Assembly (NCBI RefSeq): GCF_006345805.1
Contig: NC_043026.1
Location: 744,001-808,000, forward strand
Length of the DNA: 64,000 nucleotides
Direction of reading: 5' to 3'
Origin: Octopus sinensis
Lineage: Eukaryota
Each line of letters starts with the position of its first letter. Position 1 is the first letter of the stretch. Under the pieces are notes generated by a model. The model was not told the origin of the DNA and made no database searches. It saw only the letters and a program-made list of their open reading frames with translations. Of the stretch, positions 25,720-38,446 are shown piece after piece. Position numbers and translations under genes: made by a program.

Positions 25720-25820
25720 GTTGGTGTGTGTGTGTGTGTGTGTGGTGTGTGTGTGTGTGTGTGTGTGTTTGTGTGTGTGTGTTTGTGTGTGTGTGTTTGT
25801 GTGTGTGTTTGTGTATGTGT

Positions 25821-25857
<37 letters not shown>
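25066..25857. repeat. ~790-bp degenerate (TG)n tract
   Basis: Visible directly. Confidence 0.97.
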
Positions 25858-25858
<1 letters not shown>

Positions 25859-26151
25859 TTATATGTAAGTCAATGAACGAGTCTCTAAGTAATTGTTCAA
25901 CTTCATAGAAATGACAGCCAAAATATCCTTTAAACACACTACAAGGTTAGAAAACAAAGAACATGGTAATAATTTAGTGCAAGGTACACCATTCCTGAAA
26001 AATGAAACGACAGCTGAAATGGATTTAATTAGTAGAGTATTCAATTTGAGATAACTGGATGGTAAATAATAAAACATCACATGTGCACACACAGACACAC
26101 ACACATACACAAACAATATATATACATAAAAATATACATAGACAATATATA

Positions 26152-26446
26152 TATATTGTTATATTTCGGAATGGTCATATTGCCAGTTTAGCCAATAAAA
26201 ACACACGCGCTATATATTTGGTGTTATTTTGCTTCAGTGATATTTATTTTTTACATTAATCTTAATCTTATTTCGGCCAGAGTTCTTTCGTCACACTCCT
26301 GTGACCGCATCAGTGGTCCTTTGTTTTCTTCTTTTGTATTTGTGTCTCTCCTTACTAACCGTCAGCCATTCCGAAATATAACAATATCTGTTTCAACACA
26401 CAACTTCACATAAAAAAATCTTGCACAACAAATATTTAAACGTACT
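26152..26446 (-). mobile_element. Family 3, copy 2
   Basis: Reverse-complement homologue of 12369-12729 with one truncated arm, flanked by TA repeats. Confidence 0.8.
26275..26319 (-). ncRNA. Hammerhead-like motif, second copy of the CUGAUGCG family
   Basis: GGACCA-CTGATGCG-GTCACA(GGAG)TGTGAC-GAAA-GAAC-TC^TGGCC. Confidence 0.55.
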
Positions 26447-26537
26447 AATATATATATACATACAGATATACATGTAATGTAAAGAAATAAATGGTAAGCA
26501 TTGGTGTAATGGAATAAAATTTGGTTTTGATTCTTAC

Positions 26538-28084
26538 CTCTCTTGCAACCGCCCCGAAGTCAAACTAGTTTCCTTAAGAACTGTCTGACATTTGCACTTT
26601 GAACGCGTCTTTATCTTCTGTTTTTGGTAAACTCCAGTTAGGCAGGGCACTATCGGTGCTTTCATACAGTTTACGGATGCCTCCGAGCTCTGAGAGGCCG
26701 ACGGACTGATTTCGACCTTTTCTGGGCTATTGTTCTCCGCATCTGAGCGTTCCCGTTCCGAACGGGCATCTACATCCGAACGCAGCATGTCAAAGTCATC
26801 GCTATGAAAACTCTCAATGCGAGCGAGCGGACTCCTTAAAAATTGTTTGTTTGGTGTGATAGGAGTTTTTAATGAGGCGGAAGAACCTGTCCGCTTTTGA
26901 GACTTCACAGAGCCCGAGGAGTGCCGTAACAGCCCCGAGTGCGGCAAGCGTCGAGGGGAGTTCTCTTTTAAAACCTTAAGGATAATTGATTCGTTGTCAT
27001 CGTCTTCATCGTGCTCTTGCAATTCCGAAAATACCGTATCATCCGGCGTATGATCGGGTGGAGAGTTCTTGTTATCCAAAAAGCTTCCTGGAACCGTTAA
27101 ACGAGTCCGGGAAGTTCGTTTGGCGCTGCTTCCAACGCTAATGCAAAGACCACTTGATGACGCAACATTGACTGGTTCGGCGAGTAGGTGTGACGTACTG
27201 TCAATTTTCTCTTCTGGCTCGTCATTGTCTGTTAACTTAAGATCAATAATTCCCTGCTCTATTCGTTTCTCGCTATCTGTCCTAGGCAAGTTGCTATTGT
27301 TGTGTTTGCATTTTTCTAGCTTTTCGTCATCAGAGAGATTAGCATAGTTATTAGCCGGAATGGACTCAACGAAAGATTCGGAAGAACCCGAATTGTCGTT
27401 GGGTCCCAATAGCTTTGGTTGTGATGATGATGAAGATGAAGATGATCCCTTGTGTTTGGGTATTGCCCCTGATAAGCGAGAATCAACTGGCAACAAGAAA
27501 TTGTTCGTTAACAGTTTTTGTTTGGGTTTGACAATGATATTGTTCAAAACCCTAACTGGGGGTTTGTCTATAAGAGAAATTTTGGGGACGCTTGGTTCCA
27601 GCACTGAAGAATCCAAATTCTGTTCATTTTCTTCTTGTAAAAGGGGTATGTTTGACGATGATCCTTCATTGCTCTCGTGAAAATTTGTCGTCGAGCAAGG
27701 ATTGGAATTATCAGCAAAGTGCACCTCAACCGTTGTGAGGGGCCCATTTGGACTATGAGGTTCGATCTGCAGTTGTTTCACAGACGGCTTGTAACATCCC
27801 TGTATAGTTAGGCGTGCAGGTCGCGTTACGGGGCTTTGTCGTGGTGTGAGATCAACCTGTTCCTCATCAGCGACTTCAACTGTCGCAGTTTGTAAAGAAA
27901 GACTAGTGCGCTTATCATGTGGACCACATGATCTGGAACGGCGCTGAGAAGCTCGAGATTTTGCAGTTTCAACCGGTAACTTGTCCTTCCCATTGACTGG
28001 AGAATGAATGGGACTGCTTTCGTTGAGTCTTCCGGGATCGGGACTCTGAGATCTTGCTCTCTCACTGCTAGGGGTAGATCGGTC
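26538..28084 (-). CDS. Large internal coding exon (1547 nt) of an unidentified gene; Ser/Pro/Asp/Glu-rich, probably disordered
   Basis: Only long non-repetitive ORF (26534-28144). Acceptor ttatttcttcag|GAC at 28084 (phase 0) and donor GAGAG|gtaaga at 26538 (phase 2). Translation runs DRSTPSSER...SGRLQER. Confidence 0.9.
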
Positions 28085-28230
28085 CTGAAGAAATAAATAC
28101 GTAAGAATTAGATAAATAAATACGCAAGAATTAAAGAAATGCAATACATGTTAGAAAAAATATAGATCTAACAAACACATATAGAAGTAACATATATTTA
28201 AGAGCAAACAAGAAAAAGCAAACAGTGAAA

Positions 28231-28272
<42 letters not shown>

Positions 28273-29079
28273 GTAATAATAATAATAATAATAATGATGA
28301 TGATGATATTGATGATGATCATGATGATAATCAGAACAATGAAAATAATGAAAATAATAATTCTTTCTATTAAAGGCACAATGCCTGTAATCTTTTGTGG
28401 AAGGGGACTAGTCGATTGAATTGACCCCAGTTCTCAACTGTTACTCGTTTTATTGACCCCTTCCCCTCCAGAAAGGTGAAAGCAAAGTCGACTTTGGCAG
28501 AATTTTGGTGAGCATTTCGTCTAGGGAGCTAACGATTCTCTCAACTCTCCACCTTATTGCTGACGATCACGATGATGATGATGATGATGATGATGATAAT
28601 GATAATGATGATGATGATGATGACGATGATGATGAATTATCCAAAATACGTGGATCTTGAGATTGAAATATCCAAGATGTGGAGCGTGCAGGTGGAAAAC
28701 AATAGCAACAGAAATTGGAACATTAGGTATGATTAATTAAAAAAAAAGAACATTAGGTATGATTAATTAATTAAAAAAAGAACTATGAAATGAAACATAA
28801 AAGCCAAAGTGCACCTCACAGGACTAAATACACCCACCCTCCACCAAAAAAACCTCAAAAAACCCAAAAAGCCGATGTACAAGGAGATGGCAGGGGTTCA
28901 CTCCCATGCTCGCAATTTTATCAGAAGCAGCTGTGAATCGTTAACCCCTCTTGGGGTTAAAAAATCACAGTAGAGTCCACTTGATGGACAGCTATGTTAA
29001 AATGGCTATGAACATTACTTGTCAGTATAATTACGGCATTGGTCTCTTAGAGAGATTTTAGAACTAACATTTATAAAGG

Positions 29080-29313
29080 TCTCTTTTACTCTTTTACTTG
29101 TTTTAGTCATTTGACTGTGGCCATGCTGGAACACCGCCTTTAGTCGAGCAAACTGACTCCAGGACTTATTCTTCGTAAGCCTAGTACTTATTCTATCGGC
29201 CTCTTTTGCCGAACTGCTAAATTACAGGGACGTAAACACACCAGCATCTATTGTCAAGCGATGTTGTGGGGACAAACACAGACACACAAACATATACACA
29301 AACACACACACAC

Positions 29314-29347
<34 letters not shown>

Positions 29348-29553
29348 CGGGCATGGCTGTGTGGTTAGGGAGCTTGCTTCCTGGCTACATGGTTTCGGGT
29401 TCAGTCCCACTGCGTGGCACTTTGGGTAGGTGTCTTCCACTATGGCCCCGAGCCGACCGAAGCTTTGTGATTGAATTTGGTAGGTGGAAGTTACAGCCGT
29501 GTGTGTATGTGTGCGTATAGCTGCTCAGTGCCTCTCCGAAAGAGAGAGAGGGA

Positions 29554-29588
<35 letters not shown>

Positions 29589-29750
29589 AATGCCTTCTTT
29601 TAATTTCCGTCTACCAAATCCACTCACAAGGCTTTGGGCAGCCCGAGGCTATAGTAGAAGACACTTGCCCAAGGTGCCACACAGTGGAACTGAACCCGAA
29701 ACCATGTGGTTCGTAAGCAAGCTACTTACCACACAGCCACTCCTACGCCT
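29080..29750. mobile_element. SINE family A (minus) split at its internal microsatellite by a plus-strand family A head (29349-29490)
   Basis: The 3' half at 29080-29290 and the 5' half at 29585-29750 flank an opposite-strand head. Confidence 0.7.
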
Positions 29751-29893
29751 ACATTTAGGACTATATTTAAGTTTTGTTAGTTTTTTCAAACATGTTGATT
29801 CTGAATGTTTTTTAGTGTATATCTTCGAAGATTTAGCATTTTTTAAATTATTTTTGTTACAGAAAGGAAACTCTTAATAAAAAAATATATATA

Positions 29894-30291
29894 TATATAT
29901 TAGAAGAAATGAGGTACTCAGAAGATCGGATGGTTTATATTTACAGATATTTATTTGTATATTACATTTTTTACATATATATCATATCACTTAGATCATT
30001 AGCGCTTTCTCCCATTCTAGTGGGGTTTTCAAATCAAACTAAGTTCCTGTGTGAGGAGATTTGACCATTTTATAAAACTCTATAAAATGGTCAAATCTCC
30101 TCACACAGGAACTTAGTTTGATTTGAAAACCCCACTAGAATGGGAGAAAGCGCTAATGATCTAAGTGATATGATATATATATAAAAAATGTAATATACAA
30201 ATAAATATCTGTAAATATAAACCATCCGATCTTCTGAGTACCTCATTTCTTCTAATATATAATACCTGTACATCATCTCCAAACCTTCCAA
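29894..30291. mobile_element. Near-perfect ~180-bp-arm palindrome in (TA)n, family 7
   Basis: Arms ~29895-30074 / 30081-30260 are almost identical, with a ~30-bp tail. Each arm has a degenerate hammerhead (TTGAAAA-CCCCA...TGGGA-GAA-AGCGCT-A). Confidence 0.85.
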
Positions 30292-30516
30292 TATATATAT
30301 ATATATATCGTTGTGTTTTTTTTGTTCAACAATGGGAGATGATCTTCATATCGTACTAAATGCAAATGGTATTTTTATACAGTGCCATTTTTACAATCTT
30401 GTAAATAATGATAATGGCATTTTTATACAAGCTTAAAGCTTATGGCGATCACCGTAGAAAGCCTTCTTTTTTTCTGTCAAGGCCTTATATGCCCCTTTAT
30501 TAGACTATTTTCTTAC

Positions 30517-30580
30517 TAAATGTGGATCCATCATTAGAATGCTGAACACTTTAGAAGTCCTCTCAGACAGACGTACAAAG
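30517..30580 (-). CDS. Probable coding exon (64 nt) upstream of the large exon
   Basis: tgtccttttag|C TTT GTA CGT... CAT TTA|gtaaga. Open frame FVRLSERTSKVFSILMMDPHL. Phase 2 in and phase 0 out, matching the large exon acceptor. Confidence 0.6.
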
Positions 30581-32670
30581 CTAAAAGGACAGACATATAC
30601 CATAGGAGGCAAGAACCATCTAGTATGGGTGCAGTAACTGCAAGGTCATGGGATTTCAGTACTCTGTGCTTCTTCAGTGGCAGACATCAACCCAGCACAC
30701 ACTAACCAAATCCCACTGGCGATAATATAGAGAATAACGATGACTTTTCAATTACTGGAGTTACAAATAACCAACAGCAAAAACTAATATTAGCAAGAAA
30801 TAAGTATTATTAACTTCAAAAGGCAATCTTTACGCCTCATATCGTTAGAGTGCTGAATACAGTGGTATTTGCCTTGACAGGTCTTGATGATGATGGTGGT
30901 GGTAAAGACAATGGTGGCAGTGGTAATAATGATGATGATGATGATGAAGATAGTGATGGTGGTGATGATGAAGGCAATGATGACGATGACCATGGCAGCA
31001 GTGGAGGTGGGCTGATGATGATGATGATGATGATGATGAAGATAGTGATGGTGGTGATGATGAAGGCAATGATGACAATGACCATGGCAGCAGTGGAGGT
31101 GGGCTGATGATGATGATTATGATGTTGTTGTTGCTTAGCAACTACCCCCTGGATAGTAGGTCAGTGCTGCTCCTCAATCACCACCTGCCTCTCTGCCATC
31201 CTCAGCCATCTCTTCCTTAGGATGTGCAGATGGTGGAGGAACAGGGAAGTTGGGTAGGCGGCTCCTGAAAACTTGACCTGGGGGGGGGCGACCCTTGGGC
31301 TGGAGCCATCACGTCTCGAGTTTTTTTTTCTTTAGCCAGTAGTTGTTGGTTGAGAACTGTTCTTTGCCAATTGCCCCACCCCCCCGCAACACTTCTGGGA
31401 AGTCATTCTCCAGTTGGTGATGATGATGATGATGGTGGTAGTAATGGTGATGATACATAACTGACCAAATCCTTTTTGGCCGGCTGGTCTTAGCAAAGTC
31501 CAGGTTTTCCAAAGTTTATTTTTCTTTAAGTAATTTTTTTTTTTTTAATGTTTGTTGCTTTGTTAGACAGGAGATTCATGACTATATATCATTCAACCAT
31601 GAAAAATGATGATGATGGCTGGTGGCGCTGATGATGATGATGATGATGGTAGTTATGATGATGATGATGCTGATGGTAGTTACAATGATGATGATGATGA
31701 TGATAATGATGATGGTAGTTATGATGATGATGATGCTGATGGTAGTTACGATGATGATGATGATGAGCATAGTGATGATGATGATGACGATGATGATAAT
31801 GATGATGATGGTGGTGGTGGTGAGACACAGTTGACATGATTTTTGTGGCCGAATTCCTAGTGTATTCACAGACACATGGGTCCGGTTGGTAACCTAGCAA
31901 CGTCCTTACGTCCACTGACACCAATAAAATACGACAGCACTTTGACATTTGACATGGAAAGAGGTCCCTAGTCCCAGATGGCTACAATCATTTGGAACAG
32001 ATCGGTTCCCACTGGCAGAGAGATCAAGGCAAAGCATCTCGTTATAATTATCTTTGACTTCTTTCAGCCGTTGGACTGTGGCCATGCTGGGGCATTGACT
32101 TGAAGGACTTTAGTCAAACAAATTGGTCTCAAGTTTTTTTGTTTTTTTTTTCAAATCTGGTACTTATTCTATCTGTCTCTTTTGCCAATCTACTAAATAA
32201 CAGGGATGTAAGCAAACCAACACCAATTTTTGATGTGAACGTATACATAACAGGATTCTTTCAGTTTCCATCTACAAAATCTACTCAAAGGGCTATTGTA
32301 TAAAAAACTCTTGCTCAAGGTACCATGCCGTAAGACTGAACCTGAAGCCATGGGGTTGGAAACCACACACCCATGGCTGTATTAATAGATTAGAAAATAT
32401 AATTTTAGTTTGCAAATATAAAGCTTAATGACCAAATTTAATGTGTGTAACGAACCCTTTTTTGTCAAAACTTAGGTTAAAAAAATATGGGGGTTTCTTA
32501 TACATGGATAGTATTATAGATATTAATAAATTACTTAATTCCTTGAACCTCAAATCTCCGTATTAGGGGCTTCCTTATACACATTAGAATACAGTAGTTG
32601 TCTCTTTAGTTGTCAAAGATGTTATGTCTGTATAGTTAAATAAATCCCGTTCTTCCAAGATACTTATTAG

Positions 32671-33290
32671 TGGAGGCACACGGCCTAGTGGTTAGGGCAG
32701 CGAACTCGCAGTCGAGGGATTGCGGGTTCGAATCTCAGACCGAACAATGTGTGTATTTATGAGCGGAACACCTAAGCTCCACGTTGCTCCGGCAGAAGGT
32801 AATGGCAAACTTCTGCTGACTTTTCGCCACAACTTTCTCTCACTCTTTCCTCCTGCATCTTGCAGCTCACCTATGACGGACCGGTGTCCCGTCCAGGTGG
32901 GGAACCTATACGCCAAGGAAACCGAGAAACTGGCCCTTATGAGCCAGGCATGGCTCGAGAAGGAACAAAACAATATAATCCATCATTGTCGTGGAGGCAC
33001 ATGGCCTAGTGGTTAGAGCAGCGGACTCGTGGTCGAGGATCACGGGTTCAATTCTCAGACCAGACAATGTGTGTGTTTATGAGCGAAACACCTAAGCTCC
33101 ATGCGGCTCCGGCAGAAGGAAATGGCGAACTTCTGCTGACTCTTTCGCCACAACTTTCTCTCACTCTTTCTTCCTGCATCTTGCAGCTCACCTGCGATGG
33201 ACTGGCGTCCGGTCCAGGTGGGGAACCTATACGCCAAGAAAACCGGGAAACTGGCCCTTATGAGCCAGGCATGGCTCAAGAAGGAACAGA
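32671..33290 (+). mobile_element. Two adjacent SINE family C copies
   Basis: TGGAGGCAC..GGCCTAGTGGTTAG heads at 32671 and ~32992, each ~300 bp. Confidence 0.85.
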
Positions 33291-33494
33291 CAAGATACTT
33301 ATTGCTACTCAAACCACATCAAGACAAAAGTAATGCCTGCAATTAAATTAAGACTTGTGTTATTCAGATCAAATTCCATTTCATGAAGACAACCAAAAGC
33401 TTTGAAGAAGAAATATCGCAGTCTGAAGAATCAACAGATGAAACTAACAGTTACTGAATTATATTCAAGATTCCAGTATCTGAATTATATATTT

Positions 33495-34095
33495 ATATTT
33501 CTTTACTACCCACAAGGGGCTAAACACAGAGGGGACAAACAAGGACAGACAAATGGATTAAGTTGATTACATCGATCCCAGTGCGTAACTGGTACTGAAT
33601 TTATCGACCCCAAAAGGATGAAAGGCAAAGTCGACCTCGGCGGAATTTGAACTCAGAACAGGTGGCAGACGAAATACCTATTTCTTTATTACCCACAAGG
33701 GGCTGAACACAGAGAGGACAAACAAGGATAGACAAATGGATTAAGTTGATTACATCGATCCCAGTGCGTAACTGGTACTGAATTTATCGACCCCAAAAGG
33801 ATGAAAGGCAAAGTCGACCTCAGCGGAATTTGAACTCAGAACAGGTGGCAGACGAAATACCTATTTCTTTATTACCCACAAGGGGCTGAACACAGAGAGG
33901 ACAAACAAGGACAGAGAAATGGATTAAGTTGATTACATCGATCCCAGTGCGTAACTGGTACTGAATTTATCGACCCCAAAAGGATGAAAGGCAAAGTCAA
34001 CCTCGGTGGAATTTGAACCCAGAACGTAACGGCAGACGAAATACGGCTACGCATTTTGCCCGGCGTGCTAACGATTCTGCCAGCTTGCCGCCTTT
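33495..34095 (-). mobile_element. SINE family B, head plus 3 tandem bodies
   Basis: Same architecture. The units share locus-specific variants (GTTGATTAC, GGTACTGAAT). Confidence 0.85.
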
Positions 34096-34204
34096 ATAAA
34101 CACACACACACACACACACGCATATTGTTTTCAGTTAAAACAATACAATGCAAAAGGAGTGCTCAATAAATATTGCAAATTTTAGGGTACTTGCTATTGA
34201 GGGT

Positions 34205-34670
34205 TTCTCTCATGGAGGCAAGATGGCTGAGTTCCTTTCGAGCGTTGGGCCTCAAGGATGCAAAGTGGCCAAGTTCCTTACGAGTGTTGGGCCTCAAGGA
34301 TGCAAAGTGGCCAAGTTCCTTACGAGTGTTGGGCCTCAAGGATGCAAAGTGGCCAAGTTCCTTACGAGTGTTGGGCCTCACAGAGGCAACGACCGAGACC
34401 TTTGGCATTATGTTGTGCTTGAGAAGAAGACCCATCAAGCTGAGCAAAATAATAATCGTGGCAGATACTGGTGTCACAAAAATGGCACCCATGCTAGTGG
34501 CACCCGTTACACTCTCAGAGTGGTTGGTGTTAGGAAGGGCATCCAGCCTTAAAAAAACCACGACAAATCAGACTGGAGCCTGGCGCAGCCTTCCAGCATG
34601 CCAACCCAGTCAAACTGTCCAACCCATGCCAGCATGGACAACGGACATTAAATGATGATGATGAAGATGA
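34205..34670 (+). mobile_element. RTE-like 3' end / SINE family D with an internal 42-bp tandem repeat (~4 copies)
   Basis: GGAAGGGCATCCAGC...TCCAACCCATGCCAGCATGGA...(GAT)n tail. Other copies lie at ~7270-7461, 15580-15950 (minus) and 21265-21480. Confidence 0.75.
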
Positions 34671-34788
34671 GGATGGTTCCTGTTTTGTGCCACTGCAATT
34701 TTCATATACATACACATATACACTATACACTATACACACACACACATGTATATATTTATAATAATACATACACACACACACATATGTA

Positions 34789-34834
<46 letters not shown>

Positions 34835-35384
34835 AAGTAATAATGAAAAAAAACTAGTAAATCCAACAATTTGTTATTTTGAAATCAAATTATTTATTAT
34901 TACCAAAAAATTCTAAACAAAATTCAAAAAACGTAATACATACACACATATATATATATATATACACGTACATATATATATATGTAATAATAAAAAAAAA
35001 ATAACCAACAACAAGTATAAAACAACTCAGTTATAGAGAATGTGTGTTTATATATATATTCTATAATTCTTCCATTCTTCATTGGCTTCATTTACTAAAC
35101 TGAAACCAATTTCGGGTATCACTTTTAAAGTTATAATAGATTTAATTAATAAACCCCAGTACAACTGGACCAGTACTTTACTTAAGTGCCCCTGGAAGGA
35201 TGAAAGGGTAAAAGACATCAGTGGACAGAATTTGAACTAAGAGTCTAAAGGATATGAGATGTTTTGGATCAGCTGTTTTGGCTCTGCTGTTTTGGTTCTG
35301 CCATTTTGGCTCAGTCGTTCTGGCGCCGTTTATTTGGCATCACTGATCGGATGCTGACGCATTTCGCATCAGCCCTTTCAATGT

Positions 35385-35798
35385 TTATTATTTCTTTATT
35401 GCCCACAAGGGGGCTAAACGTAGAGGGGGACAAACAAGGACAGACAAACGGATTTAAGTCGATTACATCGACCACAGTGCGTAACTGGTACTTATTTAAT
35501 CAACCCCCGAAAGGATGAAAGGCTAAGTCTTCCTCGGCGGAATTTGAACTCAGAACGTTACGACAGACGAAATACCTATTTCTTTATTGCCCACAAGGGG
35601 CTAAACGTAGAGGGGGACAAACAAGGACAGACAAACGGATTTAAGTCGATTACATCGATCCCTAGTGCGTAACTGGTACTTATTTAATCGAACCCCGAAA
35701 GGATGAAAGGCTAAGTTGACCTCGGAGGAATTTGAACTCAGAACGTTGCGGCAGACGAAATACCAGCGTGCTAACGTTTCTGCCAGCACGCTGCCTTA
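35385..35798 (-). mobile_element. SINE family B, 2 tandem bodies
   Basis: Same family. Older variant copies lie at ~18170-18275, 24020-24238, 28365-28556 and 37608-37830. Confidence 0.8.
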
Positions 35799-36553
35799 AT
35801 GTTTCTCTCGCCATTTCAATGTCTCTCTCTCTCTCTCTCTCACACTTTCTTCCTCTCTCTCTCACTTTCTGCCTCTCTCTCTCTCTCTCACACTTTCTTC
35901 CTCTCTCTCTCTCTCACTTCTGCCTCTCTCTCTCTCTCTCTCTCTGTGTTTGTGTATGTGTGTGTATGTGAATGTGTGTGTTTATGTGTGTAAGCACATT
36001 TCTATTTATGTGCATGGAGAGAGGGAAAGTGTTTATGTTGTTTATATTCAATTAAAAAATTTTAATGGTCTCTCTCTCTCTCTCCTCTCTCTCATTCTCC
36101 TTCTCTTTCCCTCTTTCTTTCTCACTCCCGCTTTCTTTCCTCCTCCTTCTCACCTTACATGTGAGAACATTTCTCTTTTTGCGTATAAGGAAAAGTGTGC
36201 ACATCATTTGTGACAAATAAATATATCGCAACCTCTCTCTCTCTTTCAATCTGTATATATTCCTGCATGCATGTGTGTGTGTATGTGCGTGCATGTTTGG
36301 CACTAGCACCAAAAGGCACTGTCACCAAAACAGGCTGAATGACCATCGAGCAAAGCCAATCCACAAGCGCCCAAACAGCTGAGCCCTATCATCTCATTCT
36401 GGAATCTAAAGACGTATATAACTAAATACCATACGACTTATATAAATAGTAAGTCACACAAGTTCTGTCAATCTACAATCATAAATGCACGTACACAAAT
36501 ACGAAAAACGTGATTTTTCCAATAAAATATATATATATGGGTGTTAAAATTAC

Positions 36554-36579
36554 CATCTAGGTAAAAATGGTTTTGGTGG
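36554..36579 (-). CDS. Candidate 26-nt microexon (PPKPFLPR+TG)
   Basis: Pyrimidine-rich tract ...ttttaccgttatag|CCACCAAAACCATTTTTACCTAGATG|gtaatt. Phase 0 in and phase 2 out; TG+C=Cys with the 64-nt exon. Confidence 0.5.
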
Positions 36580-36843
36580 CTATAACGGTAAAACGGGGAT
36601 TTGAGATAAAGAGATAAACTCTCGGACTATTAACGTCATCTTTGATTTCTGTGTTTGTTTTTTTTTTTTTGTGTTTTAGATTAATTTCACTTTTATTTCT
36701 ACATACTCCTATCATATCTACCAAGAACCTGTTATTCATCAATATCTATTAATATATACGAATGTATGACTACCAGGTACTTGAGTACTAATCACATCCA
36801 TATACACTCTTACACACACACACACCACACACACACATATATA

Positions 36844-36875
<32 letters not shown>

Positions 36876-37542
36876 CTATATATATATAATATGTATATAT
36901 ATATATATGTATATACATATACATATTGACGTGCAGGCAATAAATTCTTCTCGCTTTCTCTCTATCCATCTATCTATCTATCTATTATCTACCTACCTGT
37001 TAATCTGTATAATTATCTTTCTATCAATCTATCTATTTATTTATCTATCTGTCTGTCTGTCTCCTACCTCTCATCTACCTATCTATCCATTCACCCATCT
37101 ATCTATCTGTCTGTCTATCTATCTATCTATCTATTTATGTCTATCTATCTATCTAACTATCTGTCTGTCTATCTATCTATCTATCAATTTATCTATCTGT
37201 ATGTATGTGTTCGTGCACATAAACATATTTGTGTGGTGTATGTGCGTATGTATATATATATATATATATATATACATACAAACATATATATGTATATAAA
37301 TAAATGCTTACATATATAAATATATAAATACATACATATACATATATGTATGTATGTATAATATAACAATATATATTAATAGATACATCCTATATGAAAA
37401 ATTAAGACAAACCCAGGTTTATGTTATTCATTCCTCATACTTTCCCCCATTACTTGGGACCCTACATTTGATATTTGAAAGGCAACACGTTACCAAGGAC
37501 TCAGCCCGCTCTAACCTAAATGCAATAACATGTTTCCCTTAC

Positions 37543-37559
37543 AATCTGCTCCGGTGAAA
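37543..37559 (-). CDS. Candidate 17-nt microexon (xSPEQI)
   Basis: tttttctctgtag|TTTCACCGGAGCAGATT|gtaagg. Phase 1 in and phase 0 out, matching the 26-nt exon. Confidence 0.5.
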
Positions 37560-38229
37560 CTACAGAGAAAAACTAATTATACAGTTGTGTTTATCTATAT
37601 ATATATCCTTTTCTACTCTAGGCACAAGGCCCGAAATTGGGGGGGGGGATGGGGGACCAGGAGATTAGATCGACCCCCAGTATGCAACTGGTACTTAATT
37701 TATCGACCATCAAAAGATGAAAGGCAAAGTCGACCTCAGCGCAATTTGAACTCAGAACGTAAAGACAGGCGAAATACTGCTAAGCATTCCACCTGGCATG
37801 CAAACGTTTCTGTGAGCTCACTGCCCTTGTTTATATATACATCTCCTACATTTGGTCTATATTAATTAAATACTAAATTGCTACTAATTATAATAGTTGC
37901 TTAACCATTTTACTGGGACCCTAAACTTAATCGTACAAGCCGCACGTCTATTTGTACACTCAAGATCCACTATGTATATAATAAGAGTAGAAGTCTATAT
38001 TATTAAATAATATTATTGAATAATATCAATTTGAAATAGGGGTTAGTATACTTAAAAACGTCCAAGGGCTGTGAATTTTATTTAAACGTGAACAATATGA
38101 GAGAACACTATGTGGATTCCTTGTATGCTAAACATAGACATGAAACTGTCTTACCACTAAATCTGTGTTCACAGCTTAGTACATGCTAGATGTTTACAAA
38201 CTAGACAAATACACACACACAACACACAC

Positions 38230-38275
<46 letters not shown>

Positions 38276-38446
38276 ATACATGTTGTATATCTGTATATGT
38301 GTGTGTGTGTGTGTATAAATATATATATATATATATATATATACCTACACGACATGGTGATGTGTTTAAAAAAGTTGAAAACTAGTGAAGTTTAAAGTGT
38401 TTAGATACAAGTGAAACTAGTAATTAACGTTAAGTAATTAACAAAC

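Noticed and set aside
27069-28065. Overlapping ORFs on the opposite strand or alternative frame of the large exon
   Set aside because: They are shadow ORFs of the real coding exon.
31911-31915. 5-nt microexon-like cag|TGGAC|gtaagg on the minus strand
   Set aside because: It breaks the phase chain between the 26- and 64-nt exons and could occur by chance.
34148-34655. ORFs with a 14-aa repeat
   Set aside because: They come from a 42-bp tandem duplication inside a retroposon and are open in several frames.
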